Both the position numbers and the translations under genes were made by a program. A model generated the notes under the pieces. The model did not search any database. It was given only the letters and a program-made list of their open reading frames with translations, and was not told where the DNA came from. From a virus (lineage: Duplodnaviria > Caudoviricetes), in the IMG/VR virus record IMGVR_UViG_2563367162_000001, positions 23,569 to 87,568 of that record: 64,000 nt of DNA. One strand, 5' to 3'. Shown one piece after another: positions 29,261 through 40,029 of the stretch (positions within the stretch are counted from its first letter, which is position 1; the number at the start of each line of letters is the position of its first letter).

Positions 29261-29577
29261 TATCTTCATAACGTCCCCGGCAAGATCCCTGACTTTTTTA
29301 GTCTTATATGTACGGGCTTTATACCTTTAAGACCGCAAGATATATTATGTGGTCGCATTTTTTTTGCGATATACCTTTCCCGTGAAAGAAATAGTTTTTC
29401 AATTTAAGTAAATTACTTCATTTATATTATTTACTGATTAAGTGATTTATAATAAATACACATTCTACTATATAAGTATAATATGTGAAATATATTTAAA
29501 GTAAAATAGTATTTACGTAAAATGCTTGGCAATCTGTGTGATATTTTGTATCTTTACACCGTAATAATCAAGGAGAT

Positions 29578-30399
29578 ATGAACATTATGAAGACAATTAC
29601 GACAGCATGTGTCAATCACAAGGGTGGTGTCGCCAAGACGACCTCACTGTTGAATCTGGCTGCCGGAATCGCACGGCTGCACGGAAAGAAGGTATGTATT
29701 ATCGATGCGGATCCGCAGGCGAATACGACGATGGCGGCATTCGGGGAGGAAATGGCAAGTCTTTCCACGGAGGCCTTGCTTGAGAGCGTGCTGCAGGACT
29801 GCATGCAGGACAAGCCTCTGAATCTGAAGCCGCAAAAATGGCTGGAGAAGGTGGATATATTGCCGGCATCTCTGGACCTGGCGGCAACGGAGGTGGTGAT
29901 GAACACCACGCCGGGAAGGGAGTTCCTTTTCAGGGAGATTATAAAGGTACTGGCGGAAAATTATGAGTATATACTTATAGACTGTCCGCCCTCGCTGGGA
30001 ATCATTACGCAGAACGCGCTCATGGCAAGTGACTTTGTCATCATACCCACGGACGGGAACTATTTCGCAATGAAGGGTATCGAGAAGATACATTATATCA
30101 TCAGCCTGCTCAGAAGGAAGCTGGGCGCGCAGGTACGCATACTCGGATACTTCATGACCAGGTTCAATGCGAAAAGAAAGCTGGATGCGGATATAAGGGA
30201 GAGCCTGAAGGAGGCGCTGGGGGAAGGAATGTTTGAAACAACGATCCGCAACAACGTGGCCTTGGGAGAATCCCAGTACAACGCGCAAAGCATTTTTGAT
30301 TATGCGCCCTCGTCAAACGGGGCTGAGGACTACAGGAAGCTGACGGAGGAATTTGTCGGGAGAGTGAAAAGGATGAATAAACAAAATACTGGAAAATGA
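29578..30399 (+). CDS. parA: ParA/Soj partition ATPase
   Basis: KGGVAKTT, DADPQAN and IDCPPSLG motifs. Confidence 0.92.
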   Translation: MNIMKTITTACVNHKGGVAKTTSLLNLAAGIARLHGKKVCIIDADPQANTTMAAFGEEMASLSTEALLESVLQDCMQDKPLNLKPQKWLEKVDILPASLDLAATEVVMNTTPGREFLFREIIKVLAENYEYILIDCPPSLGIITQNALMASDFVIIPTDGNYFAMKGIEKIHYIISLLRRKLGAQVRILGYFMTRFNAKRKLDADIRESLKEALGEGMFETTIRNNVALGESQYNAQSIFDYAPSSNGAEDYRKLTEEFVGRVKRMNKQNTGK

Positions 30400-30677
30400 A
30401 AGAGTTCAAGTCAAGAGGGATCTCACTGGAGAACATGGTGGGGGAAAACACGGTGAAAGAAAAGGGCATGACTGGAAAGCCTGCGGGAAAAACATACAAC
30501 CAGACTATCGCGCTGGCAGAGGATCTTGTGTGGGAATTGAGAACATTCGCCGCGGATCACCGGTACAGGGGCGTCAAAACGATACTTGAAGCGATGATAG
30601 GGTGCTTCCTCAAAGAGGACGGGACACTGGACCGAGAAAAGCTGGAGGATTTCTGGAGAGAATATGTGGAGAAGTGA
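30396..30677 (+). CDS. Small ParA partner (putative type Ib centromere-binding protein)
   Basis: 93 aa with an ATGA overlap to parA; function inferred from position. Confidence 0.55.
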   Translation: MKEFKSRGISLENMVGENTVKEKGMTGKPAGKTYNQTIALAEDLVWELRTFAADHRYRGVKTILEAMIGCFLKEDGTLDREKLEDFWREYVEK

Positions 30678-30739
30678 AATATGGAAATTACTATAAAAGT
30701 AACAGTCGGATAAAAGTAAGATACTTAACTAAAAAAAAC

Positions 30740-32578
30740 ATGAAAAAGATATTCGGATACATATTGGCCGCCTCGCTTGCCTGTACGCTTGCATCATGTG
30801 AAAAGGACGAAATTTTGCCGGAGCCGGAACCGCCCGTGGTGAATCCCGGCGGAAGTCAGGAGGAGGAAGAAGAACCCGGAGAGGAACCGGAAAAAATACA
30901 GCTGGGCGTCACCGCCGCATTGCAGGGCATGCAACAGACAAGGGGGATCATTGAGGCGTTCGTGCCGGGACACGCCATGGGAGTGTTTGTCAATACGGAC
31001 GGGACGGAAGCCGCAGGCCCGAAAAACGCCTCCTACGTCTTTGACGGGAAAGAATGGAACGCTGCCGGCGAGGTACCGGTGGAGGGGGATGCGGAGGTTG
31101 TCGCATATCTGCCGTATGACAACGCGGTGACTGACTGCAAGAATGTGCCGTTTGATCTGGCGGACCAGGATGACATCCTGTACGGATCCGCCAGGGTGAC
31201 AAAAGACATGCCCACCGCCGACCTGATGATGCGGCACGCAATGACGCTTGTACGTGTGCGGCTGATGAAAAACGAGTACATCGGTGCGGGAGTGGTATCG
31301 GATATGACATTCTCGGAAATATATACCGCCGGAACGGTCGACGCCTTGTCCGGAACTGTGAAGATGGACTACAACAGGGGACGTGGTGCGGTCAGAGTCG
31401 GAGGGAACTACGCCCTGAATGATGCGGATCCGGTCGTTGTCGATGCGATTCTTATTCCAAGGGCATCATATGACCACCAGGCATGTGTCAGCTTTACCAT
31501 TGACGGACAGAAGCACACTTATGCATTCCCGGTGCAGCATGAATGGAAGGCGGGCATGAAATACACCTATACGCTGAATATGACGGGGAATTACAACGCG
31601 CCGGTCAACAAGGAACAGGTGGATATTGATGTGGAATACTGGAGCCAGTACGGCAAGACCGATGAAATCATACTCAATCCTGATCCGGACGATTATCCTT
31701 TCAAGATATGGCCGAACTACACAGAATACGGATACGACTGTTATCAAAACGAAGGCAAGGTGTTCGGGACATTCTATACGCCTTTCTGTGATGATGGCGA
31801 AGGGGAGATGAGATTTGTATTCATGAGGCAGGGTACCAATGAGATTGTGGAGAAGTTCCAGCCGATAGACATCAAGACCAATGGAGGATGGGACGGCAAG
31901 CGCATCCAGTGTTATGTCACCTCCGCACCGGGAACCTACCAGCTTGTCCCATTGTTCCGTAGGAAAGGAGAAACAATGTGGTGTAGGGCCGTTGGATATT
32001 CTTATGGAAGCACTGATCAGGAGTGGCTGTATGAGGTGAAGGCGCCCGCATCAGAGAATTTGCCGGCATTGCGCATGATGGAGGTGGAAGGGCAGGGATA
32101 TACTTCTATTCTTGCATATCCGGTGCCTGATGACACTCCATGGAACCTGGTATATGTTTTGTCCAATAAAGGAGAAAAAGCATTGAGAGGCGAAATTAAA
32201 GCGGTCTGGGAGCGTGAGTTCAAGATGAATTCTAATTCATACAGACCAAGTATTAAAAGAAAAGGTGCGGTCAATGATGACGAATGGAGGGATGAGATTG
32301 GTACTGTGGCTGTTGATGTTCCGGCAGGAATACGTTTCTGGAAAGGTATTATGGAGTGCCAGTTCCCGGTTAAACGATTGGATCCTAAATACGATGGAGT
32401 TGGTTATGCAACTCCTTTAGTTCATCTGTATTGGAAAGCGGAAGGTTCCAATGAATGGGTATTGCTTCGGTGTGATGCAGACTATCTCTTCAACCGCAAC
32501 TATACGGACGGATATATTTGGGATGAGACAACGAATTATATAAAAATACTTCCACAAAGTTGGAATAACAGAAATTGA
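30740..32578 (+). CDS. Fimbrillin-family (type V pilin) lipoprotein with large C-terminal domain
   Basis: Lipobox LASC, QQTRG processing motif, AYLPY, HAMT and WKAGMKYTYTL motifs. Confidence 0.8.
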   Translation: MKKIFGYILAASLACTLASCEKDEILPEPEPPVVNPGGSQEEEEEPGEEPEKIQLGVTAALQGMQQTRGIIEAFVPGHAMGVFVNTDGTEAAGPKNASYVFDGKEWNAAGEVPVEGDAEVVAYLPYDNAVTDCKNVPFDLADQDDILYGSARVTKDMPTADLMMRHAMTLVRVRLMKNEYIGAGVVSDMTFSEIYTAGTVDALSGTVKMDYNRGRGAVRVGGNYALNDADPVVVDAILIPRASYDHQACVSFTIDGQKHTYAFPVQHEWKAGMKYTYTLNMTGNYNAPVNKEQVDIDVEYWSQYGKTDEIILNPDPDDYPFKIWPNYTEYGYDCYQNEGKVFGTFYTPFCDDGEGEMRFVFMRQGTNEIVEKFQPIDIKTNGGWDGKRIQCYVTSAPGTYQLVPLFRRKGETMWCRAVGYSYGSTDQEWLYEVKAPASENLPALRMMEVEGQGYTSILAYPVPDDTPWNLVYVLSNKGEKALRGEIKAVWEREFKMNSNSYRPSIKRKGAVNDDEWRDEIGTVAVDVPAGIRFWKGIMECQFPVKRLDPKYDGVGYATPLVHLYWKAEGSNEWVLLRCDADYLFNRNYTDGYIWDETTNYIKILPQSWNNRN

Positions 32579-32579
32579 A

Positions 32580-33338
32580 ATGAATATATTTACCGATAAG
32601 CAATTACAGAAAGCCGAACAAATACTATGCTCTCCATTGGCAAAGTTGTCGGATCTGACATCTTCCGATATACGTAATTTGGCCGTGGTGTGGAGTTATT
32701 ATTCGGGAAAGATCGAAGGGAATACATATACATATGTGGAGACGGAAGCGCTTCTGAAAGACGGCATCACTTCTGAAAAAAGATATGAGGATGCAAAAAT
32801 GTTGAAGAACCTGCATAACGTCTTTGTGTCGGAAATGGAATATATCCATAAAGGAGGTAATACGGAAATGATAGATGAACGTACATTGCTCCGGCTGCAT
32901 TCCGGTTTGTCTTCCGGGTTGGTTTCCGATGAAGAAGCCGGACAGTTCAGGACACGCCCGGTACGGATCAGCGGGACGGAATATATACCTCCGCGTGATG
33001 TGTATGAGATCCGCTTCAAGTTAAGCGAGGTCCTGTATCGCCAGACTGAACTGGACAATCCTCTTGAACGTGCCGTATATTTACACTGTAACATTGCGAA
33101 AATACAACCGTTTATAGATTGTAACAAACGGACCGCACGCCTTGTGGAAAGTATTGTAATGATGAATGCCGGACTGATCCCGGTATATTCGGCCAGAGAG
33201 GCTGATATCCTGAACTATCGAAAAGGACTGGTCAGCTTTTATGAAAACGGAGCATATGAACTGTATGCCGATTATTTTTTGGAAAGACAAATAAGCCGGA
33301 TAAGAGAACTGACAGCTGATACCGGCATGGAGATATAA
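32580..33338 (+). CDS. Fic/Doc family protein (non-canonical motif)
   Basis: QPFIDCNKRTAR motif and SGKIEGN inhibitory motif. Confidence 0.85.
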   Translation: MNIFTDKQLQKAEQILCSPLAKLSDLTSSDIRNLAVVWSYYSGKIEGNTYTYVETEALLKDGITSEKRYEDAKMLKNLHNVFVSEMEYIHKGGNTEMIDERTLLRLHSGLSSGLVSDEEAGQFRTRPVRISGTEYIPPRDVYEIRFKLSEVLYRQTELDNPLERAVYLHCNIAKIQPFIDCNKRTARLVESIVMMNAGLIPVYSAREADILNYRKGLVSFYENGAYELYADYFLERQISRIRELTADTGMEI

Positions 33339-33484
33339 AATTCATTGGCATAAACAATTTGAATTTAAGGTGGAGAGGTCCTGTTGCAGTGATGCACCGG
33401 GACTTCATTTTTAAACGTAAACACATTAAAGAGATTCAAAAGAAAACAGCATAAGCTCCTATAAGAATATGCTTGGTATCTGTT

Positions 33485-33505
33485 CCAACAGTACTATTAC
33501 AGCCA
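33485..33505 (+). repeat. Shufflon recombination site 1
   Basis: CCAACAGTACTATTACAGCCA, exact match. Confidence 0.92.
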
Positions 33506-34341
33506 GATTTGAACAAGGTATATCTATTCCTGATTACATTTTCGTAGGTGATAATGGTGTTATCTTTTCCCAAGAAAAAAAATATATATTGGGTGAAACG
33601 GATTGGTATTCAGTAGTACACGGTAATGGCAAATATATAGCAGTCGGCAAACGTGGATATATGACCACTTCAACAGATGGCAGAACATGGACAGGACCGG
33701 ACATCGTTGGATACTCGTCAGACTGGTATTCAATAGTCTATGGAAACGGAAAATTTGTCGCTGCCGGTAATGGATATGTTGCAGTATCTACGGGCACCGG
33801 AGATTGGAACATTGTCAAGATCAGCAACACCAAGAACCGCACATGGAACAGCATACAATATTGCAATGGCCGGTTTATCGTTGTAGGCAATAACGGATAT
33901 ATGGCAACCTCCACAGACGGAAACGTCTGGCAGGAAACAAAAATTGGCTCCGGTGACTTAAAATCTGTAGCTTATGGAAATGGAATTTATGTCATTGCGG
34001 AAAAAAGTGGTTATATTAATCACTCGACAGACCTGACAAACTGGAACAGGCTAAAAATCACAGTAACCAATTTGTATTCTTCAACATTCGGAAATAATAA
34101 ATTTATTGTAAGTTCCTATGGATATATGCACTATTCCATCGATGGGAAGAATTGGGTGGAGGTAGCCTTTGGGAATAATTCCTGGGAAAAAGTCATATTT
34201 GAAGATAATAGTTTTCTGGCTTTGGAAAACAATGGTTATTTAGGAAAATCCACGGATGGAATTAATTGGAAATCTACCGGAATAATAGAAAGCGGAGACG
34301 TTCGGCTCAGCTTTCTCAATGGTTTTTGTCGCATAAAATAA
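33485..34341 (+). CDS. Silent C-terminal cassette A (beta-propeller, YGNGK/STDG..W repeats)
   Basis: Begins NSTITARF at site 1, has no signal peptide and is homologous to the C-terminal part of 40030-41559. Confidence 0.85.
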
Positions 34342-34373
34342 AAAAATGGTTTTATTGAACTGACAGCATTAAG

Positions 34374-34404
34374 ATAGCGAAACCAATTCTCTCGGTTTCG
34401 CTAT
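34374..34404. terminator. Bidirectional terminator
   Basis: ATAGCGAAACC/GGTTTCGCTAT hairpin between convergent ORFs. Confidence 0.7.
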
Positions 34405-34428
34405 TAAATTTTGCATACAGTGCAAAAA

Positions 34429-34725
34429 CTATAACAACTCTATTTCTTTTACGGATAATCCGGTAGCCTCCGAAATAATCTCAACCAACACACCCAGTTT
34501 CTTTAGATTAAAAGCATTTTCTTTTCTCTCTTTCAGACGGCCTTCAGCTTGCCCTTCTTCCCATCCTTTGGATTCTGCTGTAGCTATGGTGTTTTGCCAA
34601 TCACGATAGACTTTTAGACTTTCTTCATAAGCTTCATACTGTTCTTTTGTGAATTTGGCTATTTCAACCGCTTCAAACAATTTATTAAACACTCTTTCCT
34701 GTAAAGCTTCCGGACGTTCCATCAA
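34429..34725 (-). pseudogene. C-terminal remnant of an Rpn-family (PD-(D/E)XK) protein
   Basis: ERPEALQERVF..LFE..EIA, YEESLK.YRD, EGxxEG repeats and IxxATGLS..EI tail. The nuclease domain is absent. Confidence 0.75.
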
Positions 34726-35171
34726 CCGATGGGGTGAACTGGACTACACCAAAGCAATTTGGTAGTAATACCTGGAATGCTGTAATATATGCTAATGGAA
34801 AGTTTGTGGCTGTTGGATCACATTGTTTCGCGGCTTTGTCGCTTAATGGTGAATTATGGCAGGAATCATATGATTTTCGGATAAATGGAGCGAGTGATAT
34901 AATATATGCAAACGGTAAATATGTTGTGGTTGGAAACAAAGGCTTTACAAATACATCAACCAACGGTTCTGTCTGGGAACAGAAAGTATATGCAGGTAAC
35001 ATTAACTGGAAAGGCGTAGCTTACGCTGACGGAAAATATGTTGCCGTCGGAAGTAGTGGTTACATAACTTCATCGAATGACGGTGTGAGTTGGACTACTC
35101 CAAAACTAATAACAGATGAATCAGGAAATCCTATTACAGCAACTCTAAATAGTATTTGCATCATGCCATAA
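34720..35171 (+). pseudogene. 5'-truncated fifth beta-propeller cassette (E) lacking a recombination site
   Basis: Starts mid-repeat (STDGVNWTTPK) and ends DESGNPITATLNSIC like the other cassettes. Confidence 0.8.
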
Positions 35172-35222
35172 TAATATTCCCCGGAAATAATCGTTATGAC
35201 AAGTGGTTCTCCGGAAGAGTAA

Positions 35223-35258
35223 GAAGGAGCTGTGTGATATTATTCATACAGCTCCTTC
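35223..35258. terminator. Hairpin between convergent cassettes
   Basis: GAAGGAGCTGT...ACAGCTCCTTC. Confidence 0.6.
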
Positions 35259-35335
35259 ATTCTCCGGTTCTTCAGAATACCGTTTTACGTTCGCCTAAAT
35301 CAGAATTGGGATATGACCGTTCTCACATCCGGTTG

Positions 35336-36237
35336 TTATTGTATAGCACAGAGAGCGTTCAGATTAATATTTAATGCATTTCCGGAAGCGTCTTTTACCT
35401 GCTCCGGATTTGACCAGACTATCCCGTCGGCAGACTGGGTTATCAGTCCATTGTCACCTATTGCGATAAATTTATTATTGAGATAAATGACATCGTTCCA
35501 GTTCTGTGTACCAATCTGTTTTGGGGAGTCCCAACCCTTGGATGAAACTATATACCCGTCTTTCCCAACGGCGACAATTGTTCCGTCATTGGAAACTGCA
35601 ACCCGTGTAAAGGTCTTTGTAAGTGATATTTCCGCACTTTTGGACCAACCGAAATAACGGCTGAAAGCATAAACCTCACCCCATTCCCCAAGTGCTATGA
35701 ATTTTTTGAGATCACCATTGAATGTTATATCTATGGGGGTAATCCCTCCAATTACTTTTCTGGTCCATGTTGTGGAATAGTCGTCCATTGTATAACTATA
35801 TCCATAACCGTCTTGTTTCCCTACCATAACGAATGTTTTATCTCCATAAGCTACCGAATAAGGAATAAAGGTAGAATGTGGCTGACTGCCAGTAAAGTTC
35901 CAGTCGTTTGATACAAAGTATGTTGCTGTCGAATAACTTGTAGAATATGATGTTATGAACTTGTCATTACCAAAAGCAACCCCAATCGGTTCATATCCTG
36001 TTCCCATCTTACTTGTCAGATTCCAATTCTCACCATCGGATGAAGTCATATATGGAGCGGTAAAAGATGAGCCTTCCTCCATTTTGCCACTTACAAAGTA
36101 TCTACCATTGCCATAGGCCACATACTTCCAATCACACTGTCCTGTCTGTTGTGTTCCTAAAGGAGTGATCACATACCCATTGTTCCCTACAATTATGAAC
36201 TTACTACTTATAAAATTGGCTGTAATAGTACTGTTGG
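35336..36237 (-). CDS. Silent C-terminal cassette B (beta-propeller)
   Basis: Begins NSTITANF at site 2 and has no signal peptide. Confidence 0.85.
36217..36237 (-). repeat. Shufflon recombination site 2
   Basis: TGGCTGTAATAGTACTGTTGG, exact reverse complement. Confidence 0.92.
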
Positions 36238-36320
36238 AGCTAAGTAACATGGATAATGTACTTCTTTAAACATACAAACCTGTGTAATTGCGATAAATAG
36301 ATTATTTTTGAAACTAAAAA

Positions 36321-37484
36321 ATGGAACAGCTGAATATATTGGCCACAAAATTACGCAACTGCATTACTAATTTTTTTACTCAGGCAGAAGCTGTCGGTGT
36401 AAAGGGAAACATATATCTTTTTCTGGAAGGAGAAGAACTCAGCTTTTCAATATCAGAGTTGCAAGGTACCTCTGATTTCGAAAAGCCGCTGAAAGAAAAA
36501 AAACTGGGCGGATACTATGATCAGGTTAGAATCACTCTACCTGAGGGGGGGCCAGGCAAAAGTTACAACATGTTTACCGATTTCTTTTCCGACATATGTG
36601 CTGATATAAATATCAAGGACTCCACACGTAAAAACTATTTTCGGACTCTTGATACATTGAAAGAGTATGCTCCAAACGCACATTTGTCAGATATTGATTC
36701 CAGCTTTGTATGTGGTTATGAATTATTCCTTTCCTCTTTGAAGATGAAAGCCAATACTATAATCAAACATCTGAAACATTTAAAGAAGGCCTTTCACCAG
36801 GCTTGTCGGAAAGGCTTTATAAAACATTCTGTAGATGAACTGTTCAGCCTCTGTAATGTTAGACCAGAGAAAACCTTCAAAGAAAGCCTGACGACTAAGG
36901 AACTGGTCGTGCTCTATCAATACCTGCAAAACAATTTTAATACACTGGAAAATAGAGAACGAGAGATTCTTGCCGGCTTTATATTCTCATGTCTGACCGG
37001 TCTGCGCTATTCCGATATCTGCAAAGTGGAATATTCAAATATTAAACGGATCAGGAACAAGCGATGGCTTTTCCTCACAATGAAGAAGACATCACAGAAA
37101 GTTTTTGTTCCCATTGAACAGATGTTTTCAGGAAAGGCACTCGAAGTGATAAGATTATTTCACCGTACACGGGGAAAACTCTTTTATATGCCGTCCAATG
37201 CAGTGTGCAATCGGGTTATAAAACGTGTTTACAAGAAGCTCTTCCGCAGTAAAAAGAATATCTCTTTTCATACTGGGCGTCATACGGCAGCCACACTGCT
37301 GCTGTATCATAACACGCCACTCACAACTATAAAGGAAATTCTTGGCCATACCAATATTCGTACTACAGAAACATATGCGGATATAAATGAAGCGACAATT
37401 TACAATTCCATATCCAAAATAAAATTCAAGGAACTGGAGAAGGTTGAACGGAGGGTGGCCAGAATCTTTTCTGATAAGTTCTGA
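36321..37484 (+). CDS. Tyrosine recombinase (candidate shufflon invertase), intact
   Basis: TGLRYSD, K, HTGRH and LGH...Y catalytic residues all present. Confidence 0.92.
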   Translation: MEQLNILATKLRNCITNFFTQAEAVGVKGNIYLFLEGEELSFSISELQGTSDFEKPLKEKKLGGYYDQVRITLPEGGPGKSYNMFTDFFSDICADINIKDSTRKNYFRTLDTLKEYAPNAHLSDIDSSFVCGYELFLSSLKMKANTIIKHLKHLKKAFHQACRKGFIKHSVDELFSLCNVRPEKTFKESLTTKELVVLYQYLQNNFNTLENREREILAGFIFSCLTGLRYSDICKVEYSNIKRIRNKRWLFLTMKKTSQKVFVPIEQMFSGKALEVIRLFHRTRGKLFYMPSNAVCNRVIKRVYKKLFRSKKNISFHTGRHTAATLLLYHNTPLTTIKEILGHTNIRTTETYADINEATIYNSISKIKFKELEKVERRVARIFSDKF

Positions 37485-37646
37485 AGACTACCAATAGGTA
37501 AACCGACTTCTGACAGCAGATCAAAATATTTGAAATAAGCTTCTGCTTAACGATGTATACAAGAAGTCGTCATTCCGTTTTATTTGATTTGTAGTGTATA
37601 TTATATCGTATGAGGAAGAAAAAAGCTAATTAGGACAGCCTTCATA

Positions 37647-37667
37647 CCAACAGTACTATTACAGCCA
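37647..37667 (+). repeat. Shufflon recombination site 3
   Basis: CCAACAGTACTATTACAGCCA, exact match. Confidence 0.92.
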
Positions 37668-38611
37668 ATTTCGAATCTCCGCTCTCCATTTCGGATTATG
37701 TGCTCACGGGAAATAATGGTGTCATTCTCTCCAGGGGAGAAAGTTATGTGATCGGTACTGCTGACTGGTATTCAATAGCCTACGGAAACGGCAAATATGT
37801 TGCGGTTGGAGCATCCAAAGGCAATAACGGGGCTTATAGCGGGTATATTACCAATTCGGCAGACGGAGTGAATTGGAGTACCCCTAAAAGGTTGGTTGTT
37901 TCTGGGAACGGCTCGACAACAAAATGTAAGACAGTTATGTATGCGAGTGGAAAGTTTGTCGCAGCCGGATTAAGGGACGTTGATGATTTTGACCCCTATT
38001 CCTCCATTGCCATATCGAATGATGGGGATAACTGGACATTTGCCTCTAAATTCAGCAACACCAGTTATTTCAATACGTATTATGGTGTAGCCCATGGCAA
38101 TTGTAAATACGTCGCTGTGGGGAGTTACAGCAACCGGAATTTGATATCGGCCGTCTCAACTGATGCGGTTTCATGGAGCGGATATGACGTGGCGGGTCCC
38201 GGAACAGGTATATTGAAAGGTATAATTTTCGCGCAGGATGTTTTCTGGGCATTCAAGAATGGCACGGTGTATAGGTCGGTAGATGGGATCACATGGACAT
38301 CGCATTCCATGGGAGGACTGAAAACATGCAATTCTATGGCTTTTGGAAACGGAGTATTTGTCGCTGTCGGAGATGATGGATATATCTCCACATCCACAAA
38401 TGGAACAATCTGGGGAACTGCTTTCATGGCCGGAACGAGCAAATGGAAGTCCGTCATATATTCAGATGGAAAATTCGTTGTGGTCGGAGAAGACGGATAT
38501 ATCTCATTCTCTAATGACGGCATGTCGTGGAGCGAACCCATTCCGATAAGAGATAATTCGGGCAATAAGGTCAAGACAACCTTTAATTCCATTCTTAGAC
38601 TGGCTGATTAA
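37647..38611 (+). CDS. Silent C-terminal cassette C (beta-propeller)
   Basis: Reads TNSTITANFESPLSISDYVLTGNNG in frame with ORF 37700-38611. Confidence 0.85.
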
Positions 38612-38810
38612 AGTTTTCTTTCTCAAAGCAAGCCAACACGACAACAGGTACCGGAAAACTTCTAGTACCTGTTTCTTGCCCGTTTTTAGCCTCATACAGG
38701 ACAAAACGATAACTCTCATTTCACAATCAGAAGACCGTAGAACGAATTTATGACCTGTCGGGATGTTTTTGTTGGAAACACGATAAATAGAATTATTTTT
38801 GTTTCTAAAA

Positions 38811-39973
38811 ATGGATTCATTAAATATTCTGGGCACCCGGCTGCGTGATTGTATAAAAAGCCACCTTCTCCAATTTGGGAAGGGTGATATCAAGGGAAAC
38901 ATATATATACTATTGGGAGGAAATGAATTCACCCTCTCGATATCCGACCTATGTGAGGAGAACGAAGCCTCCCCCCCCAGAAAGAAAAATATTTGGGTGG
39001 GTATTATGACAAGGTCAAGGCAATGCTGCCTGAAGGGGAGACTGACAAGCACTATGTTGCCTTTGTCGATTTTTTCTCTGACGTATGTATGGAGACCGGC
39101 ATCAGGGAGTCCACCCGAAAGAACTATCTCCGGACACTGGATACATTGGAAGAATATGCTCCGGAAGCGGCTTTCTGTGATATAGACAAAATATTCGTAT
39201 GCGGGTACGAGCGCTTTCTTTGTTCCATGGGAATGAAAGCCAACACGATTGTCAAGCATATGAAACATTTAAAAAAGGCACTCCGACAGGCTTGCCTGAA
39301 AGGGTATATCAAACATTCCATAGAGGAATTGTTTAGCCTTTGCAATGTGAAACCGGAGAAAACTTTCAGGGAAAGCCTGACGACTAAGGAACTGGTCGTG
39401 CTCTATCAATTTCAGGAAAACAATTTCGACACGATGGAAGAAAAGGAGCGGGAGATTCTTTCCGGTTTTCTGTTCTCGTGTCTGACCGGTCTGCGCTATT
39501 CCGATATCTGCAAAGTGGAATATTCAAATATTAAACGGATCAGGAACAAGCGATGGCTTTTCCTCACAATGAAGAAGACATCACAGAAAGTTTTTGTTCC
39601 CATTGAACAGATGTTTTCAGGAAAGGCACTCGAAGTGATAAGATTATTTCACCGTACACGGGAAAAACTCTTTTATATGCCGTCCAATGCAGTGTGCAAT
39701 CGGGTTATAAAACGTGTTTACAAGAAGCTTTTTCGCAGCCGGAAAAACATTTCTTTTCACGTTGCACACCATACGACTGCCACCCTTCTGCTTTATCATG
39801 ACACGCCACTCACAACTATAAAGGAAATTCTGGGGCATACCAACATCCGCACTACGGAAATCTATGCGGACATAAACGAGGCGACAATCTACAATTCGAT
39901 ATCCAAGATCAAATTTAAGGAACTAGAAAAGGTTGAACGAAGGATAGCTAGGAGCTTTTCCAATAAAAGCTAA
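38811..39973 (+). pseudogene. Second tyrosine recombinase, frameshifted at a C8 tract and with HxxR>HxxH
   Basis: N-terminal and C-terminal parts are in different frames around 38971-38978; HVAHH replaces HTGRH. Confidence 0.85.
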
Positions 39974-39975
39974 AG

Positions 39976-40020
39976 ATCCACTGCCAAGAGCTTTAGCTTC
40001 TGGTAGTGGACCGAAAAAAA
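39976..40020. terminator. Bidirectional terminator
   Basis: TCCACTGCCA...TGGTAGTGGA stem followed by an A-run, between convergent genes. Confidence 0.65.
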
Positions 40021-40029
40021 CTGTGGCAA

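Noticed and set aside
33469-38611. Propeller ORFs as ordinary independent paralogous genes, or the sites as invertible-promoter repeats
   Set aside because: Nearby ATG/GTG starts exist, but there are no signal peptides. Homology begins exactly at a nucleotide-identical 21-mer that lies inside the coding sequence of the full gene. Low-level independent expression is not excluded.
36321-39973. Tyrosine recombinases as the ICE integrase
   Set aside because: They are internal, flanked by the 21-bp cassette sites and far from any element boundary.
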